From: Chrysomallon squamiferum | Taxonomy: Eukaryota > Animalia > Mollusca | DNA length: 64,000 nucleotides | Direction: 5' to 3' | Assembly (NCBI GenBank): GCA_012295275.1 | Contig: CM022665.1 | Coordinates: forward strand, 47,368,001 to 47,432,000 | Shown: positions 46,926 through 62,736 of the stretch, piece by piece | Position numbering within the stretch: position 1 is the stretch's first letter | Layout of the letters: each line of letters starts with the position of its first letter | Notes under the pieces: generated by a model | The model's input: the letters and a program-made list of their open reading frames with translations, nothing else | Databases searched by the model: none | What the model was told of the DNA's origin: nothing | Program-made: the position numbers and the translations under genes

Positions 46926-48321
46926 TAATTAATTAACTAACATCTAGAGTGTAAAGTTGTGCAGTTATTAACATCTGTGACCTATGTTTTTTTTTTTTTT
47001 TTTTTAAAAGAGAAAATACTTTAAAAGTGATTTAAGTAAACAAATTGAATTCTGGGAATTCTGAGTGAGTTGTGATTGTCTACTAGTAAATAATTAGCTA
47101 GGCATGATCTATGATTGTCTACAAAATAAATAATCATGTAATGGATAGACGATGACCGGTCTAAGTAAAAGATAGTTATGTATTAATAAAATATTCTGTT
47201 TGTACACGATCCATTCCATTTTCAGTGTGGAATTTCATCATTTTTTTGTTCTGTTTTTTTTTTTTTTCTTGTATCTTATAATAATAATAATATTAATGTT
47301 GGATGGAATGTTGTGCTTGTTAATGCTGAATTTTATTTCTTTGACGATTTCATCCTTTTTTTGTCCTATCCAGAAAGAATTTGGTATGAGAAAGAGATTA
47401 CACGAACCCAGTGTGTAGAATTGTTATATTTCTTCTTCACTTGAAAATTAGAAGAGTATATTTATTACATTATTGAATATTTCCTTCTTTTTTTTTTTTT
47501 TTCCATTTGTTACAAAATATGCAATATAATCCAATTTTTTTTAAAATTGCCCATATTAACAAATTTCAATAAAGAAAATAATAAAGATCATCAGTTGTGA
47601 ATTAAAGGCCATTATCGTAGCCTGTAAGCTCATGGTAACCATAGAAACAGACACCAGGGTACAGATCTTGTAGATAAGATATTTTGTAAACCAGTCTTAA
47701 TGATTCAAAAATTTGATAGTGTTAAGTTTAAATACTCAGTTTTTTATTTATTACTATTTTTATTACTATTATTATTATTATAATGCTGTATCTCTTGATG
47801 ACCTTTGTGACTGTGCAAAGGTCAAGGTTACAGCAGAATGTCCTTCATCATTGCTCAACACTGTTCATATTTGGTATGTACATAGTGTACACTGAGATAA
47901 CAGGTTTCCATGGAAACCAGTTGTTTTGAAATACAGGCTTCCATGGAAACCACTTTTTTACAAAAAATACTTTTTTCATAAAATTTGGTGACATGATGAA
48001 ATATAACTTGTTTGCTGTTCAGTTTTTGTAATAGTAACAGCTCAGTTTTACATTACTGCAAAAACTTTGAGTATTTATAACAAATCTTTTATGCCATGTA
48101 TTATTTATTTGTTTATTTATATACTTCTTTTTTTTTTTTTTTTTTTTTTCTTTTTTTTTAAAGTTACAGAAATGTTTTCAAAGAAAAAACTTGATACAAT
48201 TTTTTATATTTTTTTAATAAAAAAGTTCTGCAAAACAATGTTAGTCCTATTAACTGTTTTCAGGATATTATTATTATTGTTATTATCATTATTATTATTA
48301 TTATTATTATTATCATTATTA

Positions 48322-48361
<40 letters not shown>

Positions 48362-49160
48362 TGAGTTTTAAATTTACCACTCTTTTGTTTTAATTTACAA
48401 ATTACACAGTAATTCACAGACGTTGCTTGAACATACTAAAATAACATTATTTTCTCTGAATGCTGAACTTGTGTATCTAACTACATGTAATAACTGGTTG
48501 ATAATTTAATACTAAAACAGCACAGTATTAATATGTGTACTGAAAAGCAAACAAAGGTATGAAAACAATGATTTTGTGTAAACATGTATTTGTTTTTTTG
48601 GAAATTTTTTTTTTTCTACATTGTGATAAAAGAACTTGCTTGAAATAAAAATGTCAACTGCAAAACATTTGTATTTTTTTTTTTTTATTATTATTTTAAT
48701 TTTATTTAAATATTGTTTTTATTCATTTATTTATTTGTTTGTTTTAAATATTTACTTATTTATTTATTTATTTATTTAAATATTTACATATTAAATACTC
48801 AACATATTGCATGCAAGATATTTTAAGGAAAAAATTAATACCTCTTCAAAAACGTCTGTGTTTAAATTCAGGAGTATTAAAAAAATAAAAATTCATTTTA
48901 AATGTTCACACTCAAAATGGACAAGGGAATATAAACAGAAAGCTGGACTGATTTATGTTAACTGCTAAACAGTTTTGGCAGATAAAAATAGCAAAAAGAT
49001 CTGCAATTATTGATCTGAAAATTGAATGTTCATGTAAAGCAGATAAATTTGATGAGTTTTGGATCAGATGGTGGAAAAAAAATCAAAGGAATAAATATTC
49101 ATGTTTCAAACTTCAAAAAAATGTAAAAAAAAAATGAAAACTTCAAAAATGTTTTTCAAA

Positions 49161-49200
<40 letters not shown>

Positions 49201-49570
49201 GAGTGAATATGTAATGTGTTATAACTTAATTATGACAAATATTTCGGCCAGCAATTGTTATTTCAAAAAAAAAAAAAAAAAAAAGTCAAGTTGTGAAAAT
49301 ACTTGAGTGTAAACAGGACGTGAACAATTTATAATTAATTGTCTGCTGTATTTCTTTTTGTTCTACTTCCTCATACATTTAAAAAAAAAAAACCCAGACT
49401 TTTCAAAACATTACAATCACACATGTATTATTAAAACTAAGTTGTAATTTCAGAAATAAAACCTTTTCACTTGATGTCCCAAAATTCATCTGTATTTAAA
49501 GTGTTATCATTTATATATTTATTTATTTATTAATTTTGTCAGCATCACATATTTAATGTTAGACTGTAAA

Positions 49571-49640
<70 letters not shown>

Positions 49641-49970
49641 CTAAAAAAAAACACTCAGGTATACGCGAACCTACTCAGCTTTTATAATTTTTACAAAATG
49701 AAAATACAAAATTTGGCCTCGTTCTCGCACTAGAATTTCTTGGCAGTCAAATAACGAAAATAACTACATTAATCACATCAGTACAAACTCGCACACACGT
49801 CTCTGTTTTTATTTTGTCGTGCACGAGCACAGCTGGTTTAGTCTTTTGCAGAAAGCATAAATCAAATCAAACGAAGCTCTCTCTCTCTCTTTCTTTTTTT
49901 TTTGTAGTTGTTGTGGTTGTTGTTGTTTGAACAAAATGGTTGAAGAAAAGTGGAAAACAGTCTCTTTTTC

Positions 49971-50003
<33 letters not shown>

Positions 50004-50317
50004 GTTATCAGCGTTTACATCGATCGACGATAATGACACGACCTTCACACCAAGCTGACTGCACTTTGCGGTAATGTCGGTTAAACTATGCGACCTTGTT
50101 TAACGTTCCGCGTGTCGTTGAAACGTCAAGTACTGCTTAGGGCTTCCGCTACATTTTTTCTATTAAAAACAATATTAAATATAAAAAAAAATTAGTCGTT
50201 TAAAATCATTGTATGCAGAAAGAGCAGTAGTTATCTTGTTTGTTGATAAACTTCAACATTTGCATATCTATACATGGCCGTAACTACACTGTGGCAAATA
50301 AAGCCTCGCTCCGAAAT

Positions 50318-50388
<71 letters not shown>

Positions 50389-50713
50389 TATTATATAAAA
50401 TTTATTTAAAAAATATATAATCTCTTTTCTGACAGAAACGATATCCACTCTGAATGAATTCGTTTATGTCCATGGTTACCAGAGACATTAATGCAGTTGT
50501 AATTTAATTATTCTGGTGTTAGTTTAGTGCATCTCTTGTGTGTACATGGGTTTCGAAATACTCCTGGTAAAGCAGAAAATACGTAAATTAAATATTAAAA
50601 AGTTACAATTATTCAAATAGGAAAAGATACAAGGAAATGGCTTGAATCGAGGATTTTTCGTCTTTCAAGTCGGAGATTGTGGGGAACTTTGTTGGCCCCT
50701 AGATCCCTCGTCC

Positions 50714-50823
<110 letters not shown>

Positions 50824-51128
50824 TAAGATAACCGAATTACTGTTGTCTGCATGTCTTGCGTAATCACATTCTAAGTACGATAAGGTTAAAGTACTTTTTC
50901 CCCCATTATCAGCAGAGCACTGATCACTTGTCTATCTATTACAAGTCAAACATTAGTTTTAACAGCCCCATACTGATTAATTTTCCTTTCATCAGTTGTT
51001 GGGTTCGGCCATCTTGGAAGTCTAACTCCTATTCTTTAGTAAACTGAAACTACAAAAATTTTGTTTCCGTTAGCTGAAAGTAAAGTTTTATCAACTTTCC
51101 ATGGGCAGGACAACACATTCCACACACT

Positions 51129-51188
<60 letters not shown>

Positions 51189-51432
51189 TCAACTATGGAG
51201 GAGGGGGGGACAGTATTACAAAAAGAAAATATTCCCACAGGCCACTATAAATATTACATGGAACGATCTTAAGCCAAACTTTAATTACAGTTTGGCAAGA
51301 CAATATTTCCTGCTGAAGAGGTACGGAAACAAGATTATATTTTACCGTGAAATAATCTAAATGAAAATTGAATTATATTATCTCTACATATATAACATAA
51401 GTGTTGCCTTTTATTTTTTCTTTATCTATAAT

Positions 51433-51870
<438 letters not shown>

Positions 51871-52002
51871 CTTGTATTCTTCACCTCATAAGAAGTGGAC
51901 AGACTTTGCTGACGTTTATACCTTGCTTTTATTAAATATTACAATCGACACGGTAACAACTATTACCAGCATTAAAATTTTAAAATCTTTCTCTCTCTCT
52001 CT

Positions 52003-52033
<31 letters not shown>

Positions 52034-52486
52034 GTTTTGTTTTATAAACGTCTTCATCTCTCCATCAACATCATCGTCGTCATCGTCGTCGATATTATTA
52101 GAAGTGTCAACATGGTTTAACTCATGCACAGAGAATGTCTCTTACTAAGCGGCTGGCTTACACAGTTCGAATATTCGAGTGTGTCACCAATAACAGGTGT
52201 GACACGAGTGTGTCACCAGTCTGTATGTACGTGCAGACGAACTGTGAATATAATATTATATATATATGTATGTTTGTATGTGTGTGTGTGTATGTATAGT
52301 ATGTATATGTCTGTGTGTGTGTCTGTGTATGTATGTATGTATATATATGTGTATACGTACGTATGTATGTATGTGTGTGTGTGTGTATGTATGTATGTGT
52401 ATGTATGTATTGTGTAAACACACACATGTATTCATATACAGACATGTACGCAGGCATGTGTGTATACATGTTGACACACGCGCGCC

Positions 52487-52519
<33 letters not shown>

Positions 52520-52861
52520 ATCCCCACTCCCACACCCATCCGCACACCCAGCGTTCAGAAATGCGACAAGAGGCTAGAAAAATCTGATGACGTCACCAGA
52601 GTATGTAAGCTATTTGTCATATCTATTGTTCATTATATCTGATAGCAGACCTCGGTGTGGTAGCATGCAGCTGGTACGATGACGTCTTATCAGAGTTATT
52701 TCTGATATTCGTCTGCTGTGATATCTGTCTCGTTTCTAAAGCCGTTTTGTTCTTGTTGTCACCTTCAGCTTTTTTATTTATTTATTTATTTTTTTATTTA
52801 TTTATTTATTTATTATTTATTTTTTGTTAATTATTATCATTATTATTATTTATTATTATTA

Positions 52862-52940
<79 letters not shown>

Positions 52941-53951
52941 TCCCCGCCCCTGCTGGATATTAAAACAAAAAAATAAAAGATATTTGAATAGTTTGGTTAT
53001 GGAAACCACAGACACACACACACACACATACACCACCACCACAACCACAACCACAAACCACAACCACCACCACACCGTCTATTTGGGCATTTATTCAGAG
53101 ATACGTATGCGTCATTTAATCACTGAAAAAAAAAAACAAAACAATAAAATAAAAAAATTATAATAAGAATAACAATCACAGTTTTGTTAATCATAAACCT
53201 CTGACACTGGTTTCTGTATTGTTTTCAGTCTATTTGTTTTTGGTTTGTTTTATACTAAGATTAATTTTCTTTGTGAACAAACATTAAAAAAAAAAAAAAA
53301 TCGATTAGTTCAATGAACTTGAAAGATATGTTTTAAAAAATCTAAACTTTGTCGTTCAGTTGGGCTGCCTCTGACGTCACAACAGACCCAACCATGAACT
53401 GCTGAGCTATGATGACAGACACCGTGCACCAGTTACCTCGGTTGGGTTAATCAAGTGCATTTGTGACAAAAAAACCGTTCAATCAGAGAAACATTTGATT
53501 ATTTGTACTTGTTAAATAATATTAATGTGTTTGTTTGTTTTGTTTTTTAATTCTTTAATTTTTTTATTTTTACGTTTTACTTTTTTTTATTATTATTATT
53601 ATTTATTATTATTATTTTATTATTTTATTTTTTTAAGGAGTATATCTATTTGCTATATTTACTTTAAATTAAAGCTATCAAAAAATCTTTAGATGTGTGT
53701 TGCTTATTTTTCTCTATTCAGCTCCCCACCCCTTTTTGCACTTAAACGAATAAAGGAAAAACAAGCATGGGGTAATATTTTTAACTACAAAAAAAAAAAA
53801 AAAAAAAAAAAAAAATTATTCAAACATTACAATAAACAGTCCTTTTTAGCTACGACGTTCTATTTTTTTTTTATTATTATATTAAATATATCGTTCATTT
53901 ACGTAACTGCATATTTTGATGCAGTCCCATCCCAACTTTGAATTCTTTGAG

Positions 53952-53984
<33 letters not shown>

Positions 53985-54548
53985 AAACATCCATATGACT
54001 AAACTTACAATGCAGTCTCTGACGTATGTGTTTCAGGACACTAAGTTTAAACGGATATCAGCTGATACTAGGTCTAGGATTGTTAATTAAGCTGAGTGAC
54101 TTTTAATAACAATTTTCATTTTAAATATATATATATATATTAATATAACATCGTGTTTACTCGATTCTGATAACTTCAAATACAAAAAAAAAAATTTTTG
54201 AGGCCGAGTTCGTAGCGGAACGGAATATCCATGTCAGAACTGCACAGAATAGATCATACGTTTTTTTTTTTTTTTTTTTTTTTGACAAGTGAACACTGAA
54301 ACCATTTTAATATTATCCGTTAAGCGTCTTAATTAGATAGAATGATAAGAGAGATGCAACCTGTTCTGGTTTCGCTGTATTTGTTTGTTCTTAATGGTGG
54401 AAAAGACTTTTTTTTTTTTTTTTTTTCCTTTAGGAGATGCGATCTAGCAATCCAACAGTCCAATGCTCCTTGAAACGAAGAGTCTAAGTTTAAGAAAGAT
54501 TATCTAGAGGTTGAACCCGAGAAAGAAAGAAAGAAAAATAGAGAAAAA

Positions 54549-54600
<52 letters not shown>

Positions 54601-54960
54601 TATAATTTAAAGTGCTGTTTGACAGTGTTAAGCTGACTCTAACCCAGTCCTCAGAGATACGAGTGTAACCACGTGTTCTTTCACAAAGAAGATATAATTA
54701 TATATATTTAAATTTTTTTTTTTTTCTTTTCTTCACGTGAAACACCACTGTCGTCGTTTTCAGTACTTACAACTACAAAGAGCTGAACTCTTGCTTGTTG
54801 AGGTTAGTCGTCGTTGCAGTTGTATTTACTTTCTCATGCTTGCACTACGACGACGAGGTCATCTTCATCATTTCCTCCACTTGCCACTGTGTTTGATGTC
54901 GTACTTTACAGTTTCTCTGTTTGTGTAACTCGGCCACTGACAGGCTCTCTCATTCATTCA

Positions 54961-54993
<33 letters not shown>

Positions 54994-55240
54994 ATTTTCT
55001 CTCTCCTCTCATTCTCTCTCTCATTTCTCTCTCATTCTTTCTCTCATTCTTTGTTCGTTTATCTGTCTGCCTCTCTTATTCTTTCTATTTATTTCATTCT
55101 TTCTGTCTCTATATCTCGTACGTTTTTTCATCATTTCTATTTGTCCCTTTCTTTCTCATTCTCTTTTTCTGTCGTTCTCGTTCTCTTTATTTTTTTCTCT
55201 CACTCGTAATCAGTAAAAGAATCTTAGTTTGTATTGTTAT

Positions 55241-55308
<68 letters not shown>

Positions 55309-57204
55309 CCCCCAATATTATCTTCATTTTCTGCTATATTTTATCAAACATAAATATGCACTATCATTATCATCATCATCGTCATCATTATCGTCATATT
55401 CATGTTCATTATAATGATAACAATTCATATTATTATTTGATAAAATAGACCAGTTAAAGTTTCAACATGACTGTACTTTGTAAAGTCGACTCTGTTGTTA
55501 AACGTTAAGCTTTATCTTGTACATATTCATTAATTATCTGACCTTTGGGTCACGATGTTGTTGTTTTTTGTTGACACTTACAAATTAATCGATGACAGCA
55601 AATATAAAACAAATATAAAAACGGATTCAGGCAGCAAAAGGGTTAACACCTTTAGTGGCCCATAATCGTGCAGCCCATTTAAAATTAATACGTTTTTTTT
55701 TTTTTTTTTTTTTTTCTTTTTTTTTTGAGAAATTGCGCTGCTAGCATTTTTACTTTGTATATTGCTTTGTCTGCAGTTTTCAAATTTTAACCCGCCTATT
55801 TGTATACCCCACCAAGATTTAACCACTAATGTCAAATGACGTGGTGTAATCTCGTTTTCAACTGACCTTGCCATCAGCGGCCATAAAAATCAGGCGTGCG
55901 TAACTGTCAGCAGACGTCGTTATGTCCTTAAAAAAGATAAAGAAAAATCACTGAAAAAACAATGAAGACGTGCTAAATATAGGTAATATTATAGCCAGAG
56001 TGTTAAGAAAAAATCTTTTATTATTGCTTGGCATTTTTTTCTTTTTTTTTTTTTTTTTGGAAAAATAATGCTGAAAGATAAAAAAAAGGTATCTGTGTTT
56101 GAGTTTCGTGTGCAATGAAAATTAAAAATAGTCTCGATTGTTCAGTAATTTGTTATTCTGAACTGTTAACAGTTTTTGTCACGTTCGACTGATATCAATC
56201 AAATATAATTCTGAGAGTGAGTGAGAGAAGGATTAAAGTTATATATATATATATAAAGTGAATGAAACAAAATAATGTGGAAAAAAAATAACAACAAAAA
56301 AACTCTTTAGATGGGACGTAGTAACAGTTAATATTACTGTCATTACATGAAAGAACATAAATAAACAGCAAGGTACAGGAATTCTGAATAATAATTATAA
56401 ATAAAGACAGGCAGTCAGAGAGTAAGTAATTAATATAGTCTCTAATTTGATGTTATATAATCTTTGGCTACATCTGGAAGACAGAGATGAAAAATAAATT
56501 TAATGTGACTATAATTTGCACGGGCTATTAACATGTCAACTGTTTCCCTTTTTGCTTTTAGCCGAGTCTGCAAGATTTCATTCATTAGCCTGAGGAAAGT
56601 TAGTTACGGTGCAAGCTTCTAAAGGAGAAAACCTCGACGCGCGCTGGACTTGATGGTCCAGGCTAGCTTCAGAAAAACGAAAATTACCGCTTAGCCAAGT
56701 ATAATTATAATAAATTACATTTTAAGAGAAATTCTGAAATAAAGTTTACATACAGATCTGTAATTTAATTCCTTAACACTTTAAAAGTAGGGGAAAAAAA
56801 AAAAAAAAAAAAAGTGAAAAGAAGATAAAGTAAATATTTAATTAAAAAAGAAATGCGAAAAAAAAAAAAAAAAAAATTAAATTAAAAAATAAAAATAAAC
56901 ACGGACAATATGGAAGAAATGAAGTGAGAGAAAAATAGCAACACACATACACACAGACGGACTATTTACGATTTCTAGATTAAGGTGGCACGAAATTAAA
57001 AATGAATGCGGGTACTGTATGCAAACATAGGTTTAAATAAATTACAGCATGCCGTCACTAAATGCGCGTGCACATCCACACACACATCATGATCAGTTAA
57101 AAATATAATCTAGTAGTGTCATTTTGCTTTACCGGCATTTGTCTGAAATCTGAAGCAAAGGTCATAATATAGGTTTTTGTTTGTTTACCACTATAATCAA
57201 GATA

Positions 57205-57253
<49 letters not shown>

Positions 57254-57924
57254 GAGACAACAACAGTAATAATAACAAAAAAATAACTATAACAATAACA
57301 ACAACAACAACAACAAAAATAATAATACTTTTAAACAAAGATGGAATAAACAGTTGTTAAGAAATCTCTCTCTCTCTGTTTCTCTTGCACAACCCCCACA
57401 CACACACACACACACAGGACCCACATCTCTCTCGTGACCTCAAAGTGACATCCATTTACTAAAACAGTAAAACAACATCAAACTGTTCTGCAAGTTCAAC
57501 GTTTTGTTAAAACCGTGTTTATCTTGAAACAAATCAACAATAAAGATTACACGAGAAGAAAGTTAGTTTTGTTGTAATGTGTTAAAAAATATTCCCGCGG
57601 GCTACCATTTTATAAAACAGGAATAAAATCCGTATCTGGCGGCCATTTTCTTAAATCACGTGATGTTTGTGTATAACCTTTAATTATACTGCATGGAACA
57701 GTTTAAGGAACACTTCTATTTTGCTTTTTGAATAAAAAAAAAAAATCAAAGTATTTCTAATGAAAGAAATGTTTTACTACTACTATTTCTACTGGTTAAA
57801 ACTTTAAACTCATTTTAAACCGAGTTTGTACGTTGCGAGTGTATGTGTAATTTAGAATGTGTGTTTAGGAAGAGGCTGTATGCTGAACGTTTATCTTTTA
57901 TTATATATTGATAACGATGATGAA

Positions 57925-57970
<46 letters not shown>

Positions 57971-58329
57971 TTATTTTTCTTCTTCTTTTATCGTTAAAAT
58001 TAATACTGCTGCTGCAACCTGTACTACTACTACTACTACTACAGTATTATTAATTAATTATCTATCTGTCTGTCTGTGTATCCTATCTATCTTTCTGTCT
58101 CTGTACGTTTAACATCAGTGTTGTAAGATTAGAGTGAACACTGTTTTTTTGTGTGTTTTTTTTACTGTGGAGTTTACAAAGAAAGTAGACCAGTTTTAGA
58201 ACGAATGTTCTGACCTACTAGTAGGTAGAAACGAAGTTAGAAAACAAAGATAATTTATACTAGCGATATTCACCGAGTGTATCCAGTGAGCACGAGCCAT
58301 GACGTCGATCTTGTCGTTGTCGTGGTGAC

Positions 58330-58352
58330 AGGTCACAGGAGTTCAAAGGTCA
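58330..58352 (+). promoter_or_regulatory. Composite nuclear-receptor element (DR4 + DR1)
   Basis: AGGTCA-cagg-AGTTCA-a-AGGTCA within a CpG-retaining island. Confidence 0.55.
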
Positions 58353-59078
58353 GACAGCTGAGTGGACAAAGTGAGCGTGTCATACCCATAACGCTGTCTG
58401 GAGTTAATCAATCACGTGCATCACCCCTCCCACTCCAGGGACGGATCCGAGGGTGTGTCGGGTGGAGACGCAAATGATGTTAATTTCTGTCTTTAACAAA
58501 TGTTTTCATTGATGAATCAAAACATTTACATTTCGATAGCTATATTCACACATAACGAAATCCACCCCGTTCTGAAATGATGGTTCCTCTACCTGCTGAC
58601 CACCACCCCCACCACCCACCCGCCTGCAATTCACTACCGAGGTAGTATTTGTCTCGAAAGATTCCAGAATGTAGTAATTTACATTTGGCTCCGTATCACT
58701 TGAAAAATAAAGATTTTTTAAGTGAAAGACTGCGGTTAAAGAAAGTGGAATTTAAAAAAAGAAAGAAAAGTCAAGCGCTGAAGCTGAAATGAAAAGAAAG
58801 GTCAATAATCTCACGCGCTGGAGGCAGACGGACTAAGACAGGATTGCAGATGGTGTGTGCGAATCGACACGTCTGTTAAAAGATGTCTGTCACATTGCTT
58901 AAGGTTATGCACAATCGACATGTTAAAATTAAACGTTCAGAATCTTACTCAACTCTGCGACCGGTATTTTGTAATAATTATTTCATACAACACTGCTAAA
59001 ACTTCAGGTTTCAACAGCGTGTCATTTAGCAACATTTCAACCCATATAAATTACTTTAACCTATATCTATATCTATAT

Positions 59079-59166
<88 letters not shown>

Positions 59167-59450
59167 GATATTATATATATATTTGAATGTATGTAATGTA
59201 TAAGCCTATATACTTAATATCTTTATTTGAGTGTACGTTCAAATATTTGTATGTGTATGTAAATGTATATATACTTTATTTATATACGAATGTATGTGTG
59301 TATGTATATATGTGTCTGTGTATGTGAATACTATGTATGAATGTATATATGTATGTATATATGTATGTATTACGTATATTATTTTTTAAATGTGAATTTT
59401 TGTATGTACATATATCTGATACAGAGAGAGAGAGAGAAAGAGACAGCGAC

Positions 59451-59535
<85 letters not shown>

Positions 59536-60381
59536 CTCCAGATGTGTCGGAACACTTCCTGTCATTGCTGTTGGGGTCAAGTCTCAGCAGATTAATTATG
59601 TCTCACACTTCCTCCCTCGCTTCTACATTCCGTGCACGAGATTAATGAGCAGCTTTGTCCCCAGTGTAGCAGGCTCTTCGTCGCTGTCTTCTTTCTCAGC
59701 GGAGACAGAATTTGTTCGTTTGACCGATGTTCATTCGGCTTCACTTTCCGTAACGAATATGGCAAGTCAGTGAATTTGTTCGAGTTTTCAAAACTAACGT
59801 TATTGGAGCAGTTATAATTGTGTTGTTTTGAGGAATAATTCAGTACTCAGTCTGTTTTCTTTCGCAATTATTTGTTAATCTTTAAGTCTGTGGAAGTGGT
59901 TCAGAATTTCAACTGTAGTTTTTATGACAAATGTTTTTCCTTCGCCGTTTTCATCTCAAACGATTGTTGTTAGCGTCGTCAAGCAACGTACTCCAAATAA
60001 ATGACGTCATACAGCAGATTGGAATTATTTCCCTTCCGTCTTTTAATAATACGTCATTACTTTATATATATATATATATATATAAATACATTTTAAAGCT
60101 AGGAATATTCCGTTCCTTTAACAAATCTATGCAACTGTAACTTAATTAATTATTGATAATTACAGTCATATTAAATTATAAAATGCCAAATTTCATGGGT
60201 ACAATATTTTAGGAATAATTCATTCGTATAAATTAGATAAGAAACATCTGTTTAGCAATCCTTCGTCCACAAATGTTTGTATTTATTTATTTATTTATTA
60301 GTATTATTATTAGCAGTAGTAATAATAGTAGTAATAGAAGCAGCAGCAGTAGTGGTGGTGGTAGTAGTAGTAGTGGTAGTG

Positions 60382-60427
<46 letters not shown>

Positions 60428-60716
60428 TGGTAGTAGTAGTAGTAGTAGTAATTGTAGTAGTAGTAGTAATGTAAGTAAAATATTTTTGGTTAGTTTGCTG
60501 AAATAATAACTTCAGTATTAAGCTCTGTTATATGTCTGTATGTCTGTGTATTTGGGTGTCCATATTTGTTTGTATCTATATATATCTGTGTTTGTGTGCA
60601 TATATTATATGTGTGCGTGTATACGAATAAGAATAAAAACCGGTATTCGTTTTAATTAAATAAATAAAAATATACTTGTATTGGTATGTGTATGTATATA
60701 TTTGTGTGGTGTGTAT

Positions 60717-60816
<100 letters not shown>

Positions 60817-61086
60817 ACACACACACAGAGCTAAATAGCTATTCTGGAGTTATTTATAAGTGGACGGTTCAGCTGTATCTGATATTGTAATTTAAGTTAA
60901 TGGCTGTTCTGACTTGGAATGAATCTGGAGCAATTTTCTTTGACATAGTTATCAGCAGAGTTAAATGTCTGCATTTTCCAGCTGTGAGACATTTAAACAC
61001 AGACTGCTGATAAGTTGAATGTTTGCAGATTGACTTAAATCTGAACAATTTCCCAATCATTCCAAAAAAAAAAAAAAAAAAAAATA

Positions 61087-61118
<32 letters not shown>

Positions 61119-61702
61119 TAATAACAATAATAATTACTAATAAATAAAATTAAAAAAAAGAATGAATAAATAAAAAATAAAAAAAATTAAAAATTAAAAA
61201 ATAAATAATAAAAATATAAATGTAAATATAAATAAATAAATAAATAATAAAAACATAAATATAAATAAATAAAGAAATAAAGAAAACGACAGAAAACTTT
61301 AGATTAAAAAGTCATTTATAACTATATCTTCGTGTAAGTGTTTCAGATCTCTTTTCAAATTCATATACACCAAAAATGCTCATAATATTAATGATTTTTT
61401 TTTGTTCTTCTTTTTAAAGTTTTGTAACAGATGGAGATTAAATCAAACGATGAGAAAATTCGTTCTTTCTGTCTTTCTTCCTCACAAATATGAACATATA
61501 TTCATACCATCATATTAACATATAAATAATACATGCATATACATGTACATGAACATACGTTTACACATAAAGAACACCCAAATATACACAAAACCACACA
61601 CACATGCAGACACACATCATTTATTCAAGATAAATAAATAATAAAAATTGAAAAAAGAGAGAGAAAAAAAAAGAGAAGAATTTTTTATTTTTTAATTTCC
61701 AG

Positions 61703-62123
61703 TATACCGCTATACGAGAAATTCACCTATCACTGACACAAAACGAGATAGTAGTTTACTGGTTGTGGTATAAACAATGTTAGTGATCGCGGTGTACGGT
61801 ATATACACGGTGTATGCGATGGTTTGAGGGCGAATGCGATAAACGTGAAGATTTCTGACACAGCGACTTGGCAACTTGTCAAGACTGGGGTCGCTTGAAG
61901 CCGCTGCCAGGTGAACAAAACGAGAAAATGCTGAAGTTGTCGGAGTGGAGTTTCGTTCAGTGACTACAAGCCCGGCATGTCGAGAGATCGATCCCCAGTG
62001 CTGCCCTTTCTGACACGTTTCTATGGGAATGCATGTCAAAGGTTGTTTACGGGAAGGTTTGCATACAACATTTGTTTTCTGTTGTGCTAAATGACACTTC
62101 ACCTCGCAGTGAGTTGAGATGAA
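61703..62123 (+). other. Candidate largely non-coding (5'UTR-like) exon of a downstream gene
   Basis: GC/CpG-rich block bounded by ttttaatttccag| and donors at 62109 (gtgagt) or 62124 (ATGAA|gtaaga). All three + frames close early. Confidence 0.3.
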
Positions 62124-62174
62124 GTAAGATTTAATTAGGTTGTTTTTAGTTGCAGTTTTTCAAGTGTTGGGTTA

Positions 62175-62545
62175 TCTAGGTGCTAAAGTATATAACACAC
62201 ACACAGAACTGTCACAGATATAACACATATATCTCAGGTGCTAAGTATATAACACACACACAGAACTGTCACAGATATAACACATATATCTCAGGTGCTA
62301 AGTATATCACACACACATAACACACACACAGAACAGGTCTAAGATATCACACACACAGAACTGTCACAGATATAACACATATATCTCAGGTGCTAAGTAT
62401 ATCACACACACATAACTGTCACAGATATAACACATATATCTCAGGTGCTAAGTATATCACACACACACAGAACTATCACAGATATAACACATATATCTCA
62501 GGTGCTAAGTATATCACACACACACAGAACTGTCACAGATATATC
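62175..62545. repeat. Minisatellite, ~55-57 bp unit, ~6 near-identical copies
   Basis: caggtgctaagtatatcacacacacagaactgtcacagatataacacatatatct repeated. Confidence 0.92.
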
Positions 62546-62610
62546 AAAAGCTTGTACGAGTTATCTTAACACCTGTGTGACTTTGATCATCAGCAGATAA
62601 TCGTTTTATC

Positions 62611-62736
<126 letters not shown>

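Noticed and set aside
61710-62102. 130-aa minus-strand ORF
   Set aside because: Non-ATG start, no recognisable homology, and splice signals favour the + strand.
62175-62545. Regularly spaced repeats superficially like a CRISPR array
   Set aside because: Units are contiguous and near-identical with no unique spacers, there are no cas genes, and the context is eukaryotic; it is a minisatellite.
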